From the NCBI GenBank assembly GCA_943704425.1, contig CALSCP010000216.1, positions 1 through 64,000 on the forward strand: a stretch of 64,000 nt of DNA, in the 5' to 3' direction. How positions within the stretch are numbered: position 1 is the first letter of the stretch; every line of letters begins with the position of its first letter. The notes below the pieces were generated by a model. The model made no database searches. It was given only the letters and a program-made list of their open reading frames with translations, and was not told the DNA's origin. Positions 25,701 to 39,961 of the stretch are shown in pieces. Source of the stretch: Ministeria vibrans ATCC 50519. Its lineage: Eukaryota > Protista > Filasterea. Both the position numbers and the translations under genes were made by a program.

Positions 25701-28700
25701 TCAGCAGGAGGCGGAGCGCAAGAAGGCCGCTTCGTTGGAGATTTCGGCGACGCTCAAGGTGCAGCAGGTGGAAATTGAGGAGAAGCGCACCAATGTCATG
25801 GCGGACCTGGCCAAGGTGGAGCCGGCGGTGGAGGACGCGCGCAATGCGGTGCAGGGCATCCAGAAGGGACACTTGGCGGAGCTGCGCAAGATGGCACAAC
25901 CCCCTGCGCTGGTGCGACTCGCCCTGGAGGCGGTCTGTGCGCTGTTGGGTGCGCGTTCGCTTGACTGGAAGGGCATTCGCCAGTTTATTGTGCGCGACGA
26001 CTTTATTGCGAGCATTGTCAACTTTGACTCGGAGTCGCTCTCGGCCGAGATGCGCGAGATGATGAAGCGTGACTTTTTCTCCAAGCCCGACTTTACCTTT
26101 GAGAAGGTCAACTACTCGTCGCACGCGTGCGGACCCATGGTCAAGTGGGCGATTGCGCAGGTGGAGTACGCGGACATGTTGAAGCGCGTGGACCCGCTGC
26201 GCAACGAGCTGAAGGCGCTCGAGGACACGGCTGAGGCGAGTGTGCGGCAGCAGGGTGAGCTCGACCAGCTCATTGGGGAGTTGGAAGAGTCCATTGGACG
26301 CTACAAGGACGAGTATGCGGTGCTGATTGCGGACGCACAGAGCATCAAGACGGCCATGTCGTCAGTGAAGAGCAAGGTGGATCGTTCGATTGCGCTGCTG
26401 AGTTCCCTCGGTGGCGAACGGGGTCGTTGGGAGGGCGAGGCGGAGGCGTTCAAAGCGCAGATGGGCACTATTGCGGGCGACGTCCTCGTCTCGGCGGCCT
26501 TCCTCGCGTACGCCGGCTACTTTGATCAGGGCTACCGCGCGTCGCTTTGTGGTCGCTGGCGAGCGCACTTGCAAGCGGCCGCCGTGCGCTACCGCTCTGA
26601 CATGGCTCTTGGTGAGTTCTTGTCGACGGCCGACGAGCGCATGGAATGGCAGTCGAATGCGCTGCCAGTCGACGACCTGTGTACCGAGAATGCCATCATG
26701 TTGCAGCGATTCAATCGCTACCCGCTCATCATTGACCCGAGTGGCCAGGCGACCGAGTACATCCTGAAGCAGTTTGCAGAGCGCAAGGTGACGCGCACGT
26801 CTTTCCTCGACACGAGCTTCCGCAAGCATCTCGAGTCGGCACTGCGCTTTGGCACGGCCCTTCTGGTGCAGGATGTCGAGCGCTACGACCCCATTATGAA
26901 CCCCGTGTTGAATCGCGAGTTGCGCCGCACGGGCGGACGTGTGCTCATTCGCATCGGCGATCAAGACATTGACTTCTCGCGCACCTTTAATGTGTTCCTT
27001 GTGACGCGCGATCCCACCGTGGAGTTCCCGCCCGACGTGTGCTCGCGAGTGACCTTTGTCAATTTCACGGTGACGCTCGGTTCGCTGCAGTCTCAGTGCC
27101 TAAACCAGGTGCTGCGCTCGGAGCGGCCCGACGTCGACGCCAAGCGACTTGATCTGCTCAAGTTGCAAGGCGAGTTCCGCTTGCGACTGCGTCACCTCGA
27201 GAAGGAGCTGCTGAATGCGTTGAACTCAGCCAAGGGCAAGATTCTCGACGACGACGCGGTGATTACGTCGCTGGAGACGCTGAAGAGCGAGGCGGCCGAC
27301 GTTGCACGCAAGGTGGACGAGACGGACACGGTCATGGCCGAGGTGGAGCGTGTGAGCAGTGCATACCGCACACTCGCAGTGGCGAGTGCCAGTGCCTTCT
27401 TTGCGCTCGAGCAGATGGGTCAGGTGCTCTTCTTGTACACCTACTCGCTGCGCTTTTTCCTCGACGTCTTCCATCATGTGCTCAAGGGTGGCGTGGACGG
27501 CACGGCGCTCAAGGGTCTGACCGACTACGACGAGCGTCTTGCGGCTATCACTAAGCACTTCTTTGATGAACTGTACTCGCGTGTGTCGCGTGGACTGCTG
27601 TACGCCGATCGAGCGGTGTTTGCTGCGGTGCTTGCGTGCATTCGTCTGCGTGGCACTCCCAGCGAGATTCCGGAGAAAGAATGGACCTACCTAATGGGCG
27701 GCTCGGATGGGGTGTTACAGGCGGCGACCGAGAACACAAGCCGTGTGCTTGCCTCGGTAGATGCGGCTGCGTCGGCTCGCCTTGCGCGTTTGTGTGCACG
27801 TCTGCCGGACAGCTTTGACGTGACTCGCAAGCATGCAGAGACGGAAAGTGGTGCGTGGGAGGCGTTCCATGCGACGCAGTTTGCCGAGACGGCTGTGCCG
27901 GCAGCCGCGATTGCTGGCGACGACGAGGCGGTGCGTCTCTTCCGCCAACTGTTGGTGGTTCAAGCGGTGCGACCGGATCGCGTACTCGCGTCGGCGCGCC
28001 GTTTCTTTGGCGCGGCTCTCGGCGAGGAGATGATGCACGAGAGCGAGGTGCGCGGCGTCGATCTGGACCATGTGGTGCGCTTGGAGATTACCTGCAACAC
28101 CCCCGTGCTGCTGTGCAGTGTGCCCGGCTACGACGCGAGCGGTCGTGTTGATGACTTGGCGCTGCAGACGCACGCGCGCCTCGAGAGCATTGCGCTGGGT
28201 AGTGCCGAGGGATTTGGTCTGGCTGAGACGGCGGTGGGCGATGCGCTGCGCACAGGCTCGTGGGTGTTGCTGAAGAATGTGCATCTGGCGCCGCAATGGC
28301 TTGGGTCGCTTGAGAAGCGCTTGCACAGCGCGACACCCCACGCGGACTTCCGACTGTTCCTTACGATGGAGATATCGCCCCGTGTGCCGAGCAATCTGGT
28401 GCGTATGTCACGCGTGTTTGTGTTTGAGCCGCCGCCGGGTGTCAAGGCGAACCTGGAGCGGACATTGGAGTCGCTGCCGGCGGCACGTCTGGAGCGTGCT
28501 CCGGCTGAACGATCACGCGTCTACTTTATGCTGGCTTGGTTCCACGCAGTGGTTCAGGAGCGTCTGCGCTACGCTCCTATTGGCTGGACGAAACGTTACG
28601 AGTTTAGCGAGACGGACTTGCGTGGTGCGTGCGACACGGTGGACACGTGGCTGGACATGGTGGCCAAGGGCCGCTCGAACGTGTCGCCCGAACACATTCC

Positions 28701-30163
28701 CTGGCCGGCACTGCAGACGCTGCTTGCCCAGTGTATCTATGGCGGTCGCATTGACAATGACTTTGACCAGCGGCTGATCAGTGCATTCCTCGAGCGTTTC
28801 TTTAGTGCACAAGCGTTTGACGTAGACTTCTCGTTGTGCACCGGCATTGCGGCGCCCGAGTCGACGCGCCACGCTGCCTTGAGCAAATGGGTGGACGAAC
28901 TTCCATCGCAGCAGACGCCTGAGTGGCTTGGCCTGCCCGCCTCGGCCGAGAGTGTGCTGCTGGCGACGCAGGGTTCGGTGCTTGCGGCGAAGCTGTTGAA
29001 GATGCAGACCATGGATGACGATGAGATTACCGTAAGATACTTTGAGGGATTGTGTTTGTGTGTGTGTGTGTCTTCTTTGATTCGCATTTCAAGCAGTGTG
29101 AANNNNNNNNNNCGATCTAAGCCGCTTCCACTGTGCCATCGGCGAGAGAAAAGTTATTAGGATTTTTTTGTGTGTGTAATGCTGTATTGTGTGGTGTGTA
29201 GGATGGCGGAAGTGGTGGTGAGGGAGGGCGTGCGATGGACGAAGACGGCCGACCTTCTTGGATGCGCAATCTTCACAAGTCTGTGACGGAATGGCAAAAG
29301 TTGGTTCCCGAGGTAAAATAAAAACAAAGGAACAGAAACATAGAACCAACTGTAATTGGTTTAGAGCGAATGAACACAGTTGTTGATATGTATTTGTGTG
29401 TGATAGGTTGCGCTTGGATTGCAGCGCACAACGGAGAACATCAAGGATCCGCTGTTTCGCTGTTTCGACCGTGAAGTGCGTATGGGGAGTGCGCTGCTTG
29501 CGACGGTGCGCGACGACCTGAGTGCAGTTGCGGCGGTGTGTGTGGGCACGCGCAAGCAGACCAACCATCTGCGAGAACTCATGGATGCTCTGACGCGCGG
29601 GGCCATTCCAAAGGCCTGGCTGCGCTACGTTGTCCCGCGCGGTCTCACCATCAACCAGTGGATGGCTGACTTTGCGCTGCGAGTGGAGCAACTTAAGCGC
29701 CTGGTGGCGTCACGCGCACTTGCACGCGAGCCCGTCTGGCTTGCGGGCCTGTTTGTGCCAGAGGCGTACATTACGGCGACGCGTCAGTATGTTGCACAGG
29801 CGCATGAGTGGTCCTTGGAGGAGCTCGAGCTTGAGCTGTGTGTGCACGTGGATGCGACCAAGGACGATCCGGATGCGTTTGAGTTGACTGGTCTGTTATT
29901 GGAGGGTGCTCACTGGGCCGATGCCAAGGTAGTTTTGTCGGTGGGTGCACCACATGCGCTGGAGAATACGCGTTTGCGATGGGTGCACGGTGGAGAAGGG
30001 GTAGCGACGGCGCGTGCGGCCAAGGCGGGTGCACTGCCGGTGTACCTCAACTCGACGCGAGCCAACCAGTTGTTTGTTGTGTACTTGGCGTCGGACGCCA
30101 ACGACAGTGAGCTCTACATGCGGGGTGTGGCGGTGCTTGCGTCCACCATGAAAGGAGCCGAGT

Positions 30164-30165
<2 letters not shown>
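14395..30165 (+). CDS. DYNC1H1: Cytoplasmic dynein 1 heavy chain (multi-exon, including a ~5.3 kb exon at 23731-29031)
   Basis: Tail motif [12 protein letters not shown]; P-loops [24 protein letters not shown] and GASGAGKT; stalk coiled coil; C-terminal cap [10 protein letters not shown]...RGVA. Confidence 0.98.
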
Positions 30166-30197
<32 letters not shown>

Positions 30198-30303
30198 TGT
30201 GTGTGTGTGTGTTTGTGTGAGAGAGAGACAAGTAGAGACCGACGAGTGAAAAGAAAAAGAGAGTAGCACACAAATTGAAATTGATAAGATGCATCTGCCT
30301 GTA

Positions 30304-31026
30304 TTAGTCCTTCTTTCCTTCCATGTGGGCTTTGCCGGGAGTTGAGACCTGCGACGGGTGAGGTGTCAAGGAGATATCTTTGTCGAGGGAGAGGGGTTTC
30401 GTTTGTGTATCCGTTCGTACTTGGAAAAGTGTTCCTTGAAAGGAGAAACTGCCGAAGACATCGCCCCAGAACTGCAGCTTGCATTCCATCACGGACGACG
30501 CGCCGTTCTCGATGGCTTTCGCAAAGGTCTCCTGATGAATTGTTGTTGTTGTTGTTTTTTTTTTTTTTTTGGTTGTTTTTTTTTATATATTTTATTTAAT
30601 AATAATTTTTTTTTCTACCTTTGCGTCTGCCAACTCCACATAGAGCGCCACGGTTGGGTCGAACGAAGGGTTGGCATCGTCGCCGCTGTGTGGGGCCTGG
30701 TTGGCCGGGGGGTCGCGAGCAGGGCCCTTGATGTTGCCTGTGTGCGGTTTGAGAGTGAGTGCGTTTCGGTTTCGTTTCTTTCGTGTCCTACTGTCCGAAA
30801 CAAAGACCGTTTTTCCTTCGAGCGTCAGCGCAGAGTGCATGACCTTCTCTTTGACCTCGGGATGGGCCATCTTGTTCTGGACCGTGGCGCCAAAGACCGT
30901 CTCGAGGAAGGCGATGGTTGCGTTTGCGTCGTGCGCCAGAATGTAGGGCACGGCTCCCTTGCCGCCAGGGTTGGCAATCGCTTCGTAGTCCTCGCGAGGG
31001 CGCTTGGGTGTCGGTTCTTCACTCAT
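30304..31026 (-). CDS. VOC/glyoxalase superfamily protein, PhnB-like (4 exons)
   Basis: VPYILAHDANATIAFLETVFGA, VMHSALTLEGKTVFVSD, VALYVELADAK|ETFAKAIENGA, QFWGDVFG. Confidence 0.85.
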
Positions 31027-31101
31027 CCTTGCTCAATTGATTCAAAATGTGTGGGATAATAAATATTTAAATATCTTTTTTGATTTTTTGATTGTTTGTT
31101 T

Positions 31102-33378
31102 TTATTCGTCTCGAGAGAGATCTGCTGCAAAGCGATTGACTTCGTTGTCAAAAGACGAGTGCGCAGAGTCACGAGCACACAAAAGAATCAACAAGTTGTC
31201 GACAACGGCCGTGTGGACGCCGGGCGAGAGGGGCCACTGCCAGCAGGCGGTGCTGGTGCGCGCATGCTCAAAGTCACCGTTGCGCATGTGCGAGGGCGCC
31301 GTTGTGGCGGGCGCAAGGGAGCGCAGCAGCCGGTGAGACACGTCGACGGCGAAAAGCGACGGCATGTGAAGCTGGAAGCGCTGTCGGAGCGACTGCGCAA
31401 TCGACATACTGTGCACGACGACTCTGTTACGGGCAAACACACGCTGCACAATGGGCAGCCACAACGGCCCGTCCGCCGCAAGCATGTCGCACAGGAGCAC
31501 ATGTTCCGGCGTCGCCACCAACAACAGCTCGACAAACTCGTCGGAGATTATCACAGTGTCCACAGCAATCTCTCCTCGACCAAAACTTTCAAAGTGGCTC
31601 TGCGCCAGCTCAAACGAATTGACCAAATCCACAGTCATAGGAACACGCATACCACCACCTGAAGCATTGGTTCCAGTGGGAGCAACGGTCGGAGTATGGG
31701 CTGAGTGTCAAAAACAAAAAATGAGGGAAAAAAAGAAGAAAAAAAAGACGACGAGAAGGAAAAACGACACAAACAAGGAGACAATTTAGTATCAAGCAAA
31801 AAAAAAGAAAAAAAAGAAAAAAAAAGAAGAGACACAGGAAGAAAAAAACAAAACAAATTCATGAGTTTCATGAGTAGTACCAAGTGATGATGTGTTGAGC
31901 CACATGGGCGCACGAGAGTCTGACACGGACACAAGACTAGCAGAGGGGACATGAGGCAACAAAGCCGTGTCCACAACAGAGGCACTGGCCACACGATTGC
32001 CAGGCCGCCCAATGGGAGTAGGCATTGACGAACCACTGTTCGTCCCATTCACTCCACCTCCTCCACCATCACCTGCTCCTCCCACAACACCTCCACCTGT
32101 CACACCATTGTGGAACACCCCCGGTCCCTCACTTCTCATCATCATCATCTCATTCACATTCGTCTCGTCACGCACACCCACCCTACCCACTTGCTTGTTT
32201 CCACCCCGCGTACTCCCTCTGCCATCACCGCCACTGCCATTGCCGCTGCTGCCACCATCGTTCTCGTTCTTCTTCTCCTCCCCTTCCTCATCGTCAATAA
32301 TATCAATGATATCCGCCGCCAGGCGTTCTCCATGCTCATCCGCCGTGTCCAACCGGTTCCTCTCCAGACCCGGTGTTGTTGTAGTGGTCGCAAGCTTGGA
32401 CCCATTAACATCCGCCGCCGCTTCGCCACTCACCGTGTCGCAATCTCCCATCAAGCAAATGCGGCCGGTCGCATTGTAACCAACCAACTCAACGTGTCTG
32501 TTCACAAAGTCGTCGGCCGACGTGAACGTACACTCATGCTGTGCAAACATAATCGCCAGCTCATCCTCACTCAGACTTGCACCCGCTCCACCGTGATACA
32601 GCTTGTCCACAATCAAGTCGGTCACTCGCATGTCGCCAGTTCGCAACAGCGTCGCAGTGCCATCCACAACGTGACTCGCACGCGCCCCCGACCCCCACGA
32701 CGACGGCGGAGCAGCCGTCACCGTTGTGACGATGGGCGACGACGAAACCTCTCTCACCGTGGGCGTCGTCGAGAGCGTCGTTGTCGTCACCGGCCGCCCG
32801 GCAGACAGTGAACTGGGCGGAGATGGGTGGTATCCGGGAGGATGCAGCACAATGGGTCCCTTGAAGAAGGGCAGAGGAGGGTCTGCAAAAGGTGCGTGGA
32901 CGAAACAACAAAAAACAAAAAAAAGAACAGAAACAAGTGTCAGAACACCAGGAAGGTTGCTGTGTGTGTGTGTGTGTATGTGTGTGTGTGTGTGGAGGGA
33001 GAAGGGAGGGTTGGCAGCCGCGTGGGGTGTGCGAGGCAGCGTACAATCGGTTCCATCGGCGAGAAAGCGTCGTCCCCAGTAAGTCTGCTCCAATGTCGAG
33101 TGGGCCTTTGTACACAGCTTGCCACGCGGACAGCGGCCCGCCACAGCAAGACTACACACGGGATAGCTTGAAGCAGACTGCAGCGGGCGGATTCTGCACA
33201 CTTCGTGGGGGAGAAGGAGCCATTGGAGTTCGCCTTTTCGTCCAGGACCCACACTGCAGCACACAAGCGTTGCTTTGGGGCGCCGCGTGTGCGTCGTGCG
33301 CGAGTTACACCTCACAAACGGCACGAGGCATTGGCAGCAGATGTCGCCTACCCAAAACGAGCCAATGCCAACTGGCAT
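31102..33378 (-). CDS. CCCH zinc finger (ZC3H7/HELZ-like) protein with low-complexity middle and a degenerate DEDDy-like 3'-5' exonuclease fold
   Basis: C-x6-C-x5-C-x3-H in CSLAVAGRCPRGKLCTKAHSTLEQTYW. C-terminal IAVDT...LLLVATPEHVLLCD...VVVHS...WQWPLS resembles EXD/WRN-exo domains. Confidence 0.55.
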
Positions 33379-33501
33379 GTTTGTTTAAATAAATCAACAA
33401 TGAAAAATAATTATAATGATTGAGTCGAATAAAAATTAAAAATTAAAAAAAAAACAAAAAAGATTTTATTATTATTTCGAACTCCCTTGTCCCTTGGCGA
33501 C

Positions 33502-35422
33502 ATGGAACGGCGTTGGTATCAACAGCAAGAAAAGGACTTTGTTCGTGCCGACTTGCAGCGCTACGGCGCTCAAGATCGTTGGTTGAGACTTCAGGCGAGT
33601 CAAGAAGATCGCTGTGACACACGGCGCACCGCGAGACTCACCTATGAGCAGCAAAAGATGCGAGAAGAAGCAACGGCAGCGGCGGAAACGGAGCGAATTC
33701 GCGTACGTCGTTCGGTTTTTGCCATGACAACCGTTTAAATTATTTTCATCTTCTTTGCGCACTCTCCCTTGAGTGTGCCAAGCGATGCCTCGCACTTCCC
33801 TCCAACTATTTTGCGTCACCGACTATGTTTCTTGAATTTCGCGTCTACGTCGACTCCGTTGACACGCCTGCCATGATGTTGTGTCATCACTCATTGTCAA
33901 AATATTCAAAATTAGTAGTCGTTTTCGTTAAAATATATATATTATGGTACTCTCCGATCTCCTTCATAGAAACAAAGGGAGCGCGAACGGATTCAGGAAG
34001 AACGTTTGGCAACGGTTTTGGCGGAAGAGAAACAGCGCGAACTCGCCGAGCAAAAACGGCGTCAGTTACTTCGCCAACAGGCGCCAGAGCTGCGCGCACT
34101 TGAGCAGAAGGTATGATCAATCTGTATGTCTTCTTTGACAAAGAATGCCTTTTTGTCTGTATGATCATCAATAGCTTCGATTGGCCGTGGTCAACAAGGA
34201 GCGGAAAGTCCAGGAGACGGAGCGCCAGGCGATGACGGCACGAGAGCGAGAACAAGAGAAGGAATGGGAACGTCACCTGGCAGAAGAGTTGACGCGCGCC
34301 GCTGAACGTGAACGACTGGAACAGTTGGGAGTGCGCGAGCGCAACGCCACGTACCAAAGTGAACTGGAGACGCAGATTGCACAACGCGAGGCACTGCGTA
34401 AAGAGGCATACGAAGAGTATTTGCGAGAGAAGACGCTCATTGACGAGGCAGTACGGAAGATTGTCGAGGAGGACATGCGCGCCGAGGAGCGCAAGCAGGG
34501 ACTTGTCGAGCAGACACGATGGGAGCAGGAGGAGTTTCGAAGGGTGCGCGAGGAGCAACAGACACGCATGAAACAGGTGCAGACGCAAGAGGAGGAGCGG
34601 GTGCGGCGCGAGATGGCAGAGCAAGAAGAGCGCAAACGGGAGCGGGAGCAAAAAGCGCGCCAAGAACTGGCATGGAAGGAACGCGTCGGAATGCGATTGG
34701 GGGAGCAAATTGAGCAGGAGCGGAGGCAGCGCGAGGAAATGGAGGAGGTCCGACAGACGCTTGCCTTTGAGGAAGAAGAGTTGGCTGCACGACAGAAAGC
34801 GCGTGAAGAAATTGAAAAGAAGGTATTGATCGCTCGACATTGTTTTTTTTTTAGTCATGACTAATAATTATTATCAATGGCTTGTATTCTATCTATCTAA
34901 ATTATTATAATTATAAATTATAATGCTTTGGCGTAGATTCGAGTACGAATGCAACTGCGAAGTGCGCAGGAGACGGAGAAGCGCGTGCGAGCGGAACGAG
35001 TAGCGGCACAGGAGGCGGAAGAGGAGGAATTCCGACGGCGAATGATGGCTAAGTTTGCTGAGGATGAGCGAGTAGAGCAGCTGAGTGCTCAGCGACGACG
35101 GATGAAGGTGCTGGAGCACAAGCGGGCGACGGAACGGATGATTGAGGAGCGACGTGTCGCACGCGAGCAAGAGCAGGCTGAGCATGTAAAGGAGACGATC
35201 GCGGAGACACAGCGTAGAGATGCCTTCCAGGCGGCCATTGAGGAGGAGCGCCAACGTCTCCTGCGCGAGTACGCCACACAGTTGGTGGACCATTTGCCAC
35301 CGGGGACTCTCCGCGAAACGGATGTTGATCTTCTTGGTCTGCGCGATCACTTTACCGCTCGTGCAGCGCCCGAGAATCCCTACGAGGACGACACCCATGA
35401 TTATACCAAAAGGCGAAAGTGA
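33502..35422 (+). CDS. MNS1: Meiosis-specific nuclear structural protein 1 (axonemal coiled-coil microtubule inner protein, TPH domain)
   Basis: RQLLRQQAPELRALEQK|LRLAVVNKER, MMAKFAEDERVEQLSAQRRRMKVLEHKR, LLREYATQLVDHLPPG...DVDLLG. Confidence 0.88.
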
Positions 35423-35762
35423 TGAAAAACTGAAGCATTTCCAATTTATTATCGACTTCTAACTTCCATTTCTTTCAAGACTCAATAAGCGACTGTACAA
35501 ATCAAATTAAACAGCTCAACTCACCCACTCACTGCTCAAGTCTCAAAACAGGGAGCAGAGGCCACCGCCACTTTCAGTTGATCGCGATTTATTCGTCATA
35601 ATAAATATTTATTATTCTGTCGGCACTCGGTCACTCGACTCACTCATTCATATGAAAAATATATACAATCAAAAGTTGAATCTGTTGAATTAGTTTCATC
35701 TTTATTATTTATTATTGCAAAGTCTGTCACGACAACACGCGCTACTCGAGAAACGGGGCTGG

Positions 35763-36912
35763 ATGAGCGCGTTACTCAATGTGCTCTCGCCGGCACTGCA
35801 AGCGAGCGCAAAGGTCTGTCTCGTCTCGTTCACATCAATCCTCTTATCAATGCGTGAGCGCTTAGGTGATCGTGCTGTGCGGGGTGGGCATTGTGATGAT
35901 GTGGAATGGGACAATGCCGCCTGTGAAGCAGCTGAGTAGTATGCTGGTCAAATGGTTCATTCCAACTCTGATCTTCTCGAACGTGATTGTCACGCCAACA
36001 TTTGAGATGATCAAGCGACTATGGCCGATTACGGCGTGCGCCTTTGCCTACGTGCTGCTCAGCATGCTCGCCGGGTATGTGCTGGGGCGCTTCCTGCTGC
36101 GTCTAAGCCATGATCTGGCGCTCTTCTTCGGCGTCTGCTGTGCCTTCACCAACACCACGTCCATTCCGCTGGCGCTGGTCACGTCGCTCTCCGCCACGAC
36201 GCCTGCACTCAAACTCACGCCGGACGAGACGCTGGCGGAGACGATCGCCCGCGGAACCGCCTACGTTCTCTTCTTCACCATTTTTGTGATGGTCCTGCGA
36301 TGGAGCATTGCCTATCCGCTCCTTGCACCGCCCACCGCAAGGCACGGCGTCCAAGCTGTGCCGCAAGACGACGACACCAGCAACGGAGACACGCGACTGT
36401 CGTTAAGATACGTCCACGACAACGACGGGGACGACGGGGACAGGGACAGGGACGGAGACGGAGACGAAGACGCGGACGGAGAGAACGTACCGATCGTGGT
36501 CACGGCCCATGGCATCGGCAGTCCTCTCGCCCCTCGTCCCACTACCTCCATCAAGGTGGTTCCACGATGGCGTTCTACTCTTGATAAGATTCTGTCGCCT
36601 CCACTCATCTCGGCCGTGGTATCACTCGTCCTCGCGGCCATTGAACCATTGCGCAAGTACGTGAACGCGAGAGATTAACTATTAAGAGTTTCTTGTGATA
36701 ACCTTTTTATATATTTAGTCTGTTTGTCGATCCACTGGCACCCTTCAGTTTCTTCTACGAGGCATCCGTTACCAGTGGACATGTGGTAGTACCTCTGACT
36801 ATGTGCATTCTAGGTGGGCCACACACTGCAACACTCGAAGAACTCAGCACTATAAACACAAACACGAACATCACAAATACTCTCTCTCACACACCCACAC
36901 ACCCACTCACTC

Positions 36913-36948
<36 letters not shown>

Positions 36949-37288
36949 GCACACTTGCTCAGGTGCGAACTTGTCTAGTGGTCCCATGCGCACCGGTGCG
37001 ACTTTGCCCCTGCGCTTCCTCTTGGGTGTCGGCACCTTCAATCTTGTCGTCAAACCCGCGCTGTGCTTTCTTCTCATTCTTGGCATCCGCTCCCATCTAC
37101 CGCCCGACCCTATGATTATCATGGTGCTTCTTCTCGAGGCTGCCATGCCGTCTGCCATCAACTTAACCATTATGTGTTCGCTTCATAGTTATCGCGAAAA
37201 GGAAATCTCCGCCATTCTCTTTTGGCAGTATCTCGCGTCCATCTTCACCGTCACCGTTGTCTCCATGTTCATCATCCACCTCCTCTGA
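35763..37288 (+). CDS. Auxin efflux carrier (AEC)/PILS-family membrane transporter
   Basis: FIPTLIFS, CAFTNTTSIPLAL, SPPLISAV, VPLTMCILG|ANL and EAAMPSAINL; two 5-TM halves separated by an acidic loop. Confidence 0.88.
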
Positions 37289-37694
37289 ACCCTCTGTTAC
37301 TCTAAGGACTGAAGTACAATACTCTGTAACTAAACCATTCCCTTTCAACCTTTGTCGCGAGTTGTTCTCTTCTTCCTCCCACCAATACTAGTCTATAATT
37401 AATTATTATCCTTTAGACTGTGATACAACAATGCCAATATCTTACGTGACTGTGTGCGGCTTCAGCTTTAGGGGTCCTCCCTCTTTTGAACCCTCTTCAG
37501 CTAGATCAGCTTCAATGAAGTATTCCTCATTTCTTTTATGGCGATAGTTTTGTATTGCTCATAATTTATTTGATCATAGATTCTTCCGAAACGTGTCTTC
37601 CTAATCAGCTCATCCAAACTTTAAAACTTTTCACTTTTCTTTCTCTTAGTTCTTTATTTCCAACTTTCAAACCCCTAAGCCACCCTATTACATC

Positions 37695-39807
37695 ATGGCG
37701 AACGTCGGAGCGGTATGCACACAGCCACTCTCACACACACACGTCACATCGCACAGCCTAAAAAAAAAGTCGCACTTGACACTTTTGACTGTTTGTTACA
37801 CTGCAGAATCTGCCGTACGAGGACGTCGGCATGGGCGAGCCCAACTTTGGCAAGATCAAGAAGATCCTGGTGGCCAACAGAGGGGTATGCGTGCGTTGCG
37901 TGATGTCGTCCTGAAGTCGTCCGTCGCATTGCGTGTGCGATCGGCTGAACTTTGCCGTTCTCTCGCCCCATCCCGCCCTCCCCCCGCCGCCATTCGTCGC
38001 CCATGTCTTATGCAATTGCATCACACGTCGTCTGAACCGCCATTCGTGTGGATCGTCGAGAGAGTGAAAAAAAAAACGTGAAATCGTATTCGAAATCACG
38101 AGAAAACTGTTTTGTGCGCCGTACGACCGCATTTTGAGGTGGGCTCACACCGATTCCCTCTAGGAAATTGCCGTGCGTATCTGTCGAGCGGCTCACGAGC
38201 TTGGATTGAAAACGGTTGCGATCTACGCAGCGGAGGTACGTTTCATATGATTGTTGGATTTGCGCGAAACACTTCAAACTGATCTGACGCTTTTCATTCA
38301 GGATTCCCTTACGCTGCACCGGCATCGTGCCGACGAGTCTTATCAACTCAAGGTATTGCAAAGGAGCCCCTGACGTTGATGTGCCGCTCTTGATTGACTC
38401 GTTGCTTCTCTCGTAGGGCACATCCCCAGTCGGCGCCTATCTGGACATTGCGCAGATCATTAGCATTGCCAAGCGTACCAAGTGTGATGCGATTCATCCC
38501 GGTTACGGGTTTCTCTCGGAGAACGAGGCGTTTGTCAATGCATGCACGGACGCCGGTATCATTTTTATTGGGCCCACCGCGAAAGTCATCGAGGTGCGTA
38601 CACATGATCATTGAGGGAGAGACGACAGAGGATAGAATGACTCATTGGCACTCGTCTTGTGTGTTAGACATTTGGTGACAAGACGGCAGCCAAAACACTC
38701 GCGACGAAATGTGACGTGCCTGTTGTGCCAGGCAGCGATGGAGCGGTCGCCAGTGCTGACGACGCACTTGACTTTGTGCGTGCTCACGGCCTCCCAGTCA
38801 TGATCAAGGCAGCGTAAGAGCATGCATGAAATGAATTTATTAGAATCGTCTTTGATACCAATGGGTTGGTAGGTTTGGCGGAGGCGGTCGTGGCATGCGT
38901 GTGGTGCGCCGCGAGGATGAGGTTGCCGAGAGCTTCCAGCGCTGTGTGAGCGAAGCTCAGAGGTATGAAAGAGGAATGGAAACCAGGAACAGCAATATAA
39001 TATTTATTAATGATTATTGTGCTATGTGCAGTGCGTTTGGCGATGGCACAGTGTTCATTGAGCGGTACATTGATGCGCCACGCCACATCGAAGTGCAGAT
39101 TCTGGGCGATTCGCACGGCGGACTGATCCATCTTTTTGAGCGCGACTGTAGCGTTCAGCGTAAGTTCCCTCATTCACTCATCGAAACGCGCGCGACACTG
39201 AATTTTTTTTTTCTTTCTTTTCACGTGGTGTAGGTCGTCATCAGAAGGTGATTGAGATGGCACCCTCGCGCGGTCTTTCCGAGGCAGTTCGTCAGGGAAT
39301 GTACTCAGCGGCAGTCAAGTACGCAACTTGCGCGCTCTTTTTCACACGAGTGGTTTTGACACGTCTTGTCTTATTTCTGTTTAGACTTGGTCGTGCGTGT
39401 GGGTATCAGAATGCAGGTACTGTGGAGTTCCTGTTCGACTCACGTGATGAAAAGTACTATTTCATCGAACTCAACGTAAGAATCGTATTCACAAAGACAG
39501 ACGTATGATCATCTCATATTTTGTATTATGTGTGTGTATCTGTTTTGATAGCCACGGATCCAAGTGGAGCACACGGTGACGGAAGAGATTTGCGGCATTG
39601 ACATTGTGGCAGCGCAAATCCGGGTGGCGGCGGGGATGTCGCTGGAGGCACAGGGTCTCACCCAGGCAAGCGTCTGCCCGCGCGGCTATGCCATCCAGTG
39701 TCGCGTCACGGCGGAGGACCCCTCCAACGGGTTTGCTCCCAGCACTGGCAAGATTGAGGTCTACGTGTCTAGCTCCGGCGCCGGTGTGCGTCTCGACGGT
39801 GCAACTG
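37695..39807 (+). CDS. PC: Pyruvate carboxylase, 5' exons (most of the biotin carboxylase domain)
   Basis: KKILVANRG|[31 protein letters not shown]|[24 protein letters not shown]; ends at [10 protein letters not shown]+G with GT donor at 39808. Confidence 0.95.
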
Positions 39808-39961
39808 GTACCCACTACTCCTTTTGACCCGGAGTGCCCCCCCCCCCCCCCCCCCTCTCTGTCTCTCTATCTCTTTGTGTGGCTGTGTGGCGCAGTCTCT
39901 TATCAATGTTTTGTCGCCTCTTTTTGCTTTCTCGTCTCATGTTTTTGTCTCTTACTTTCAG

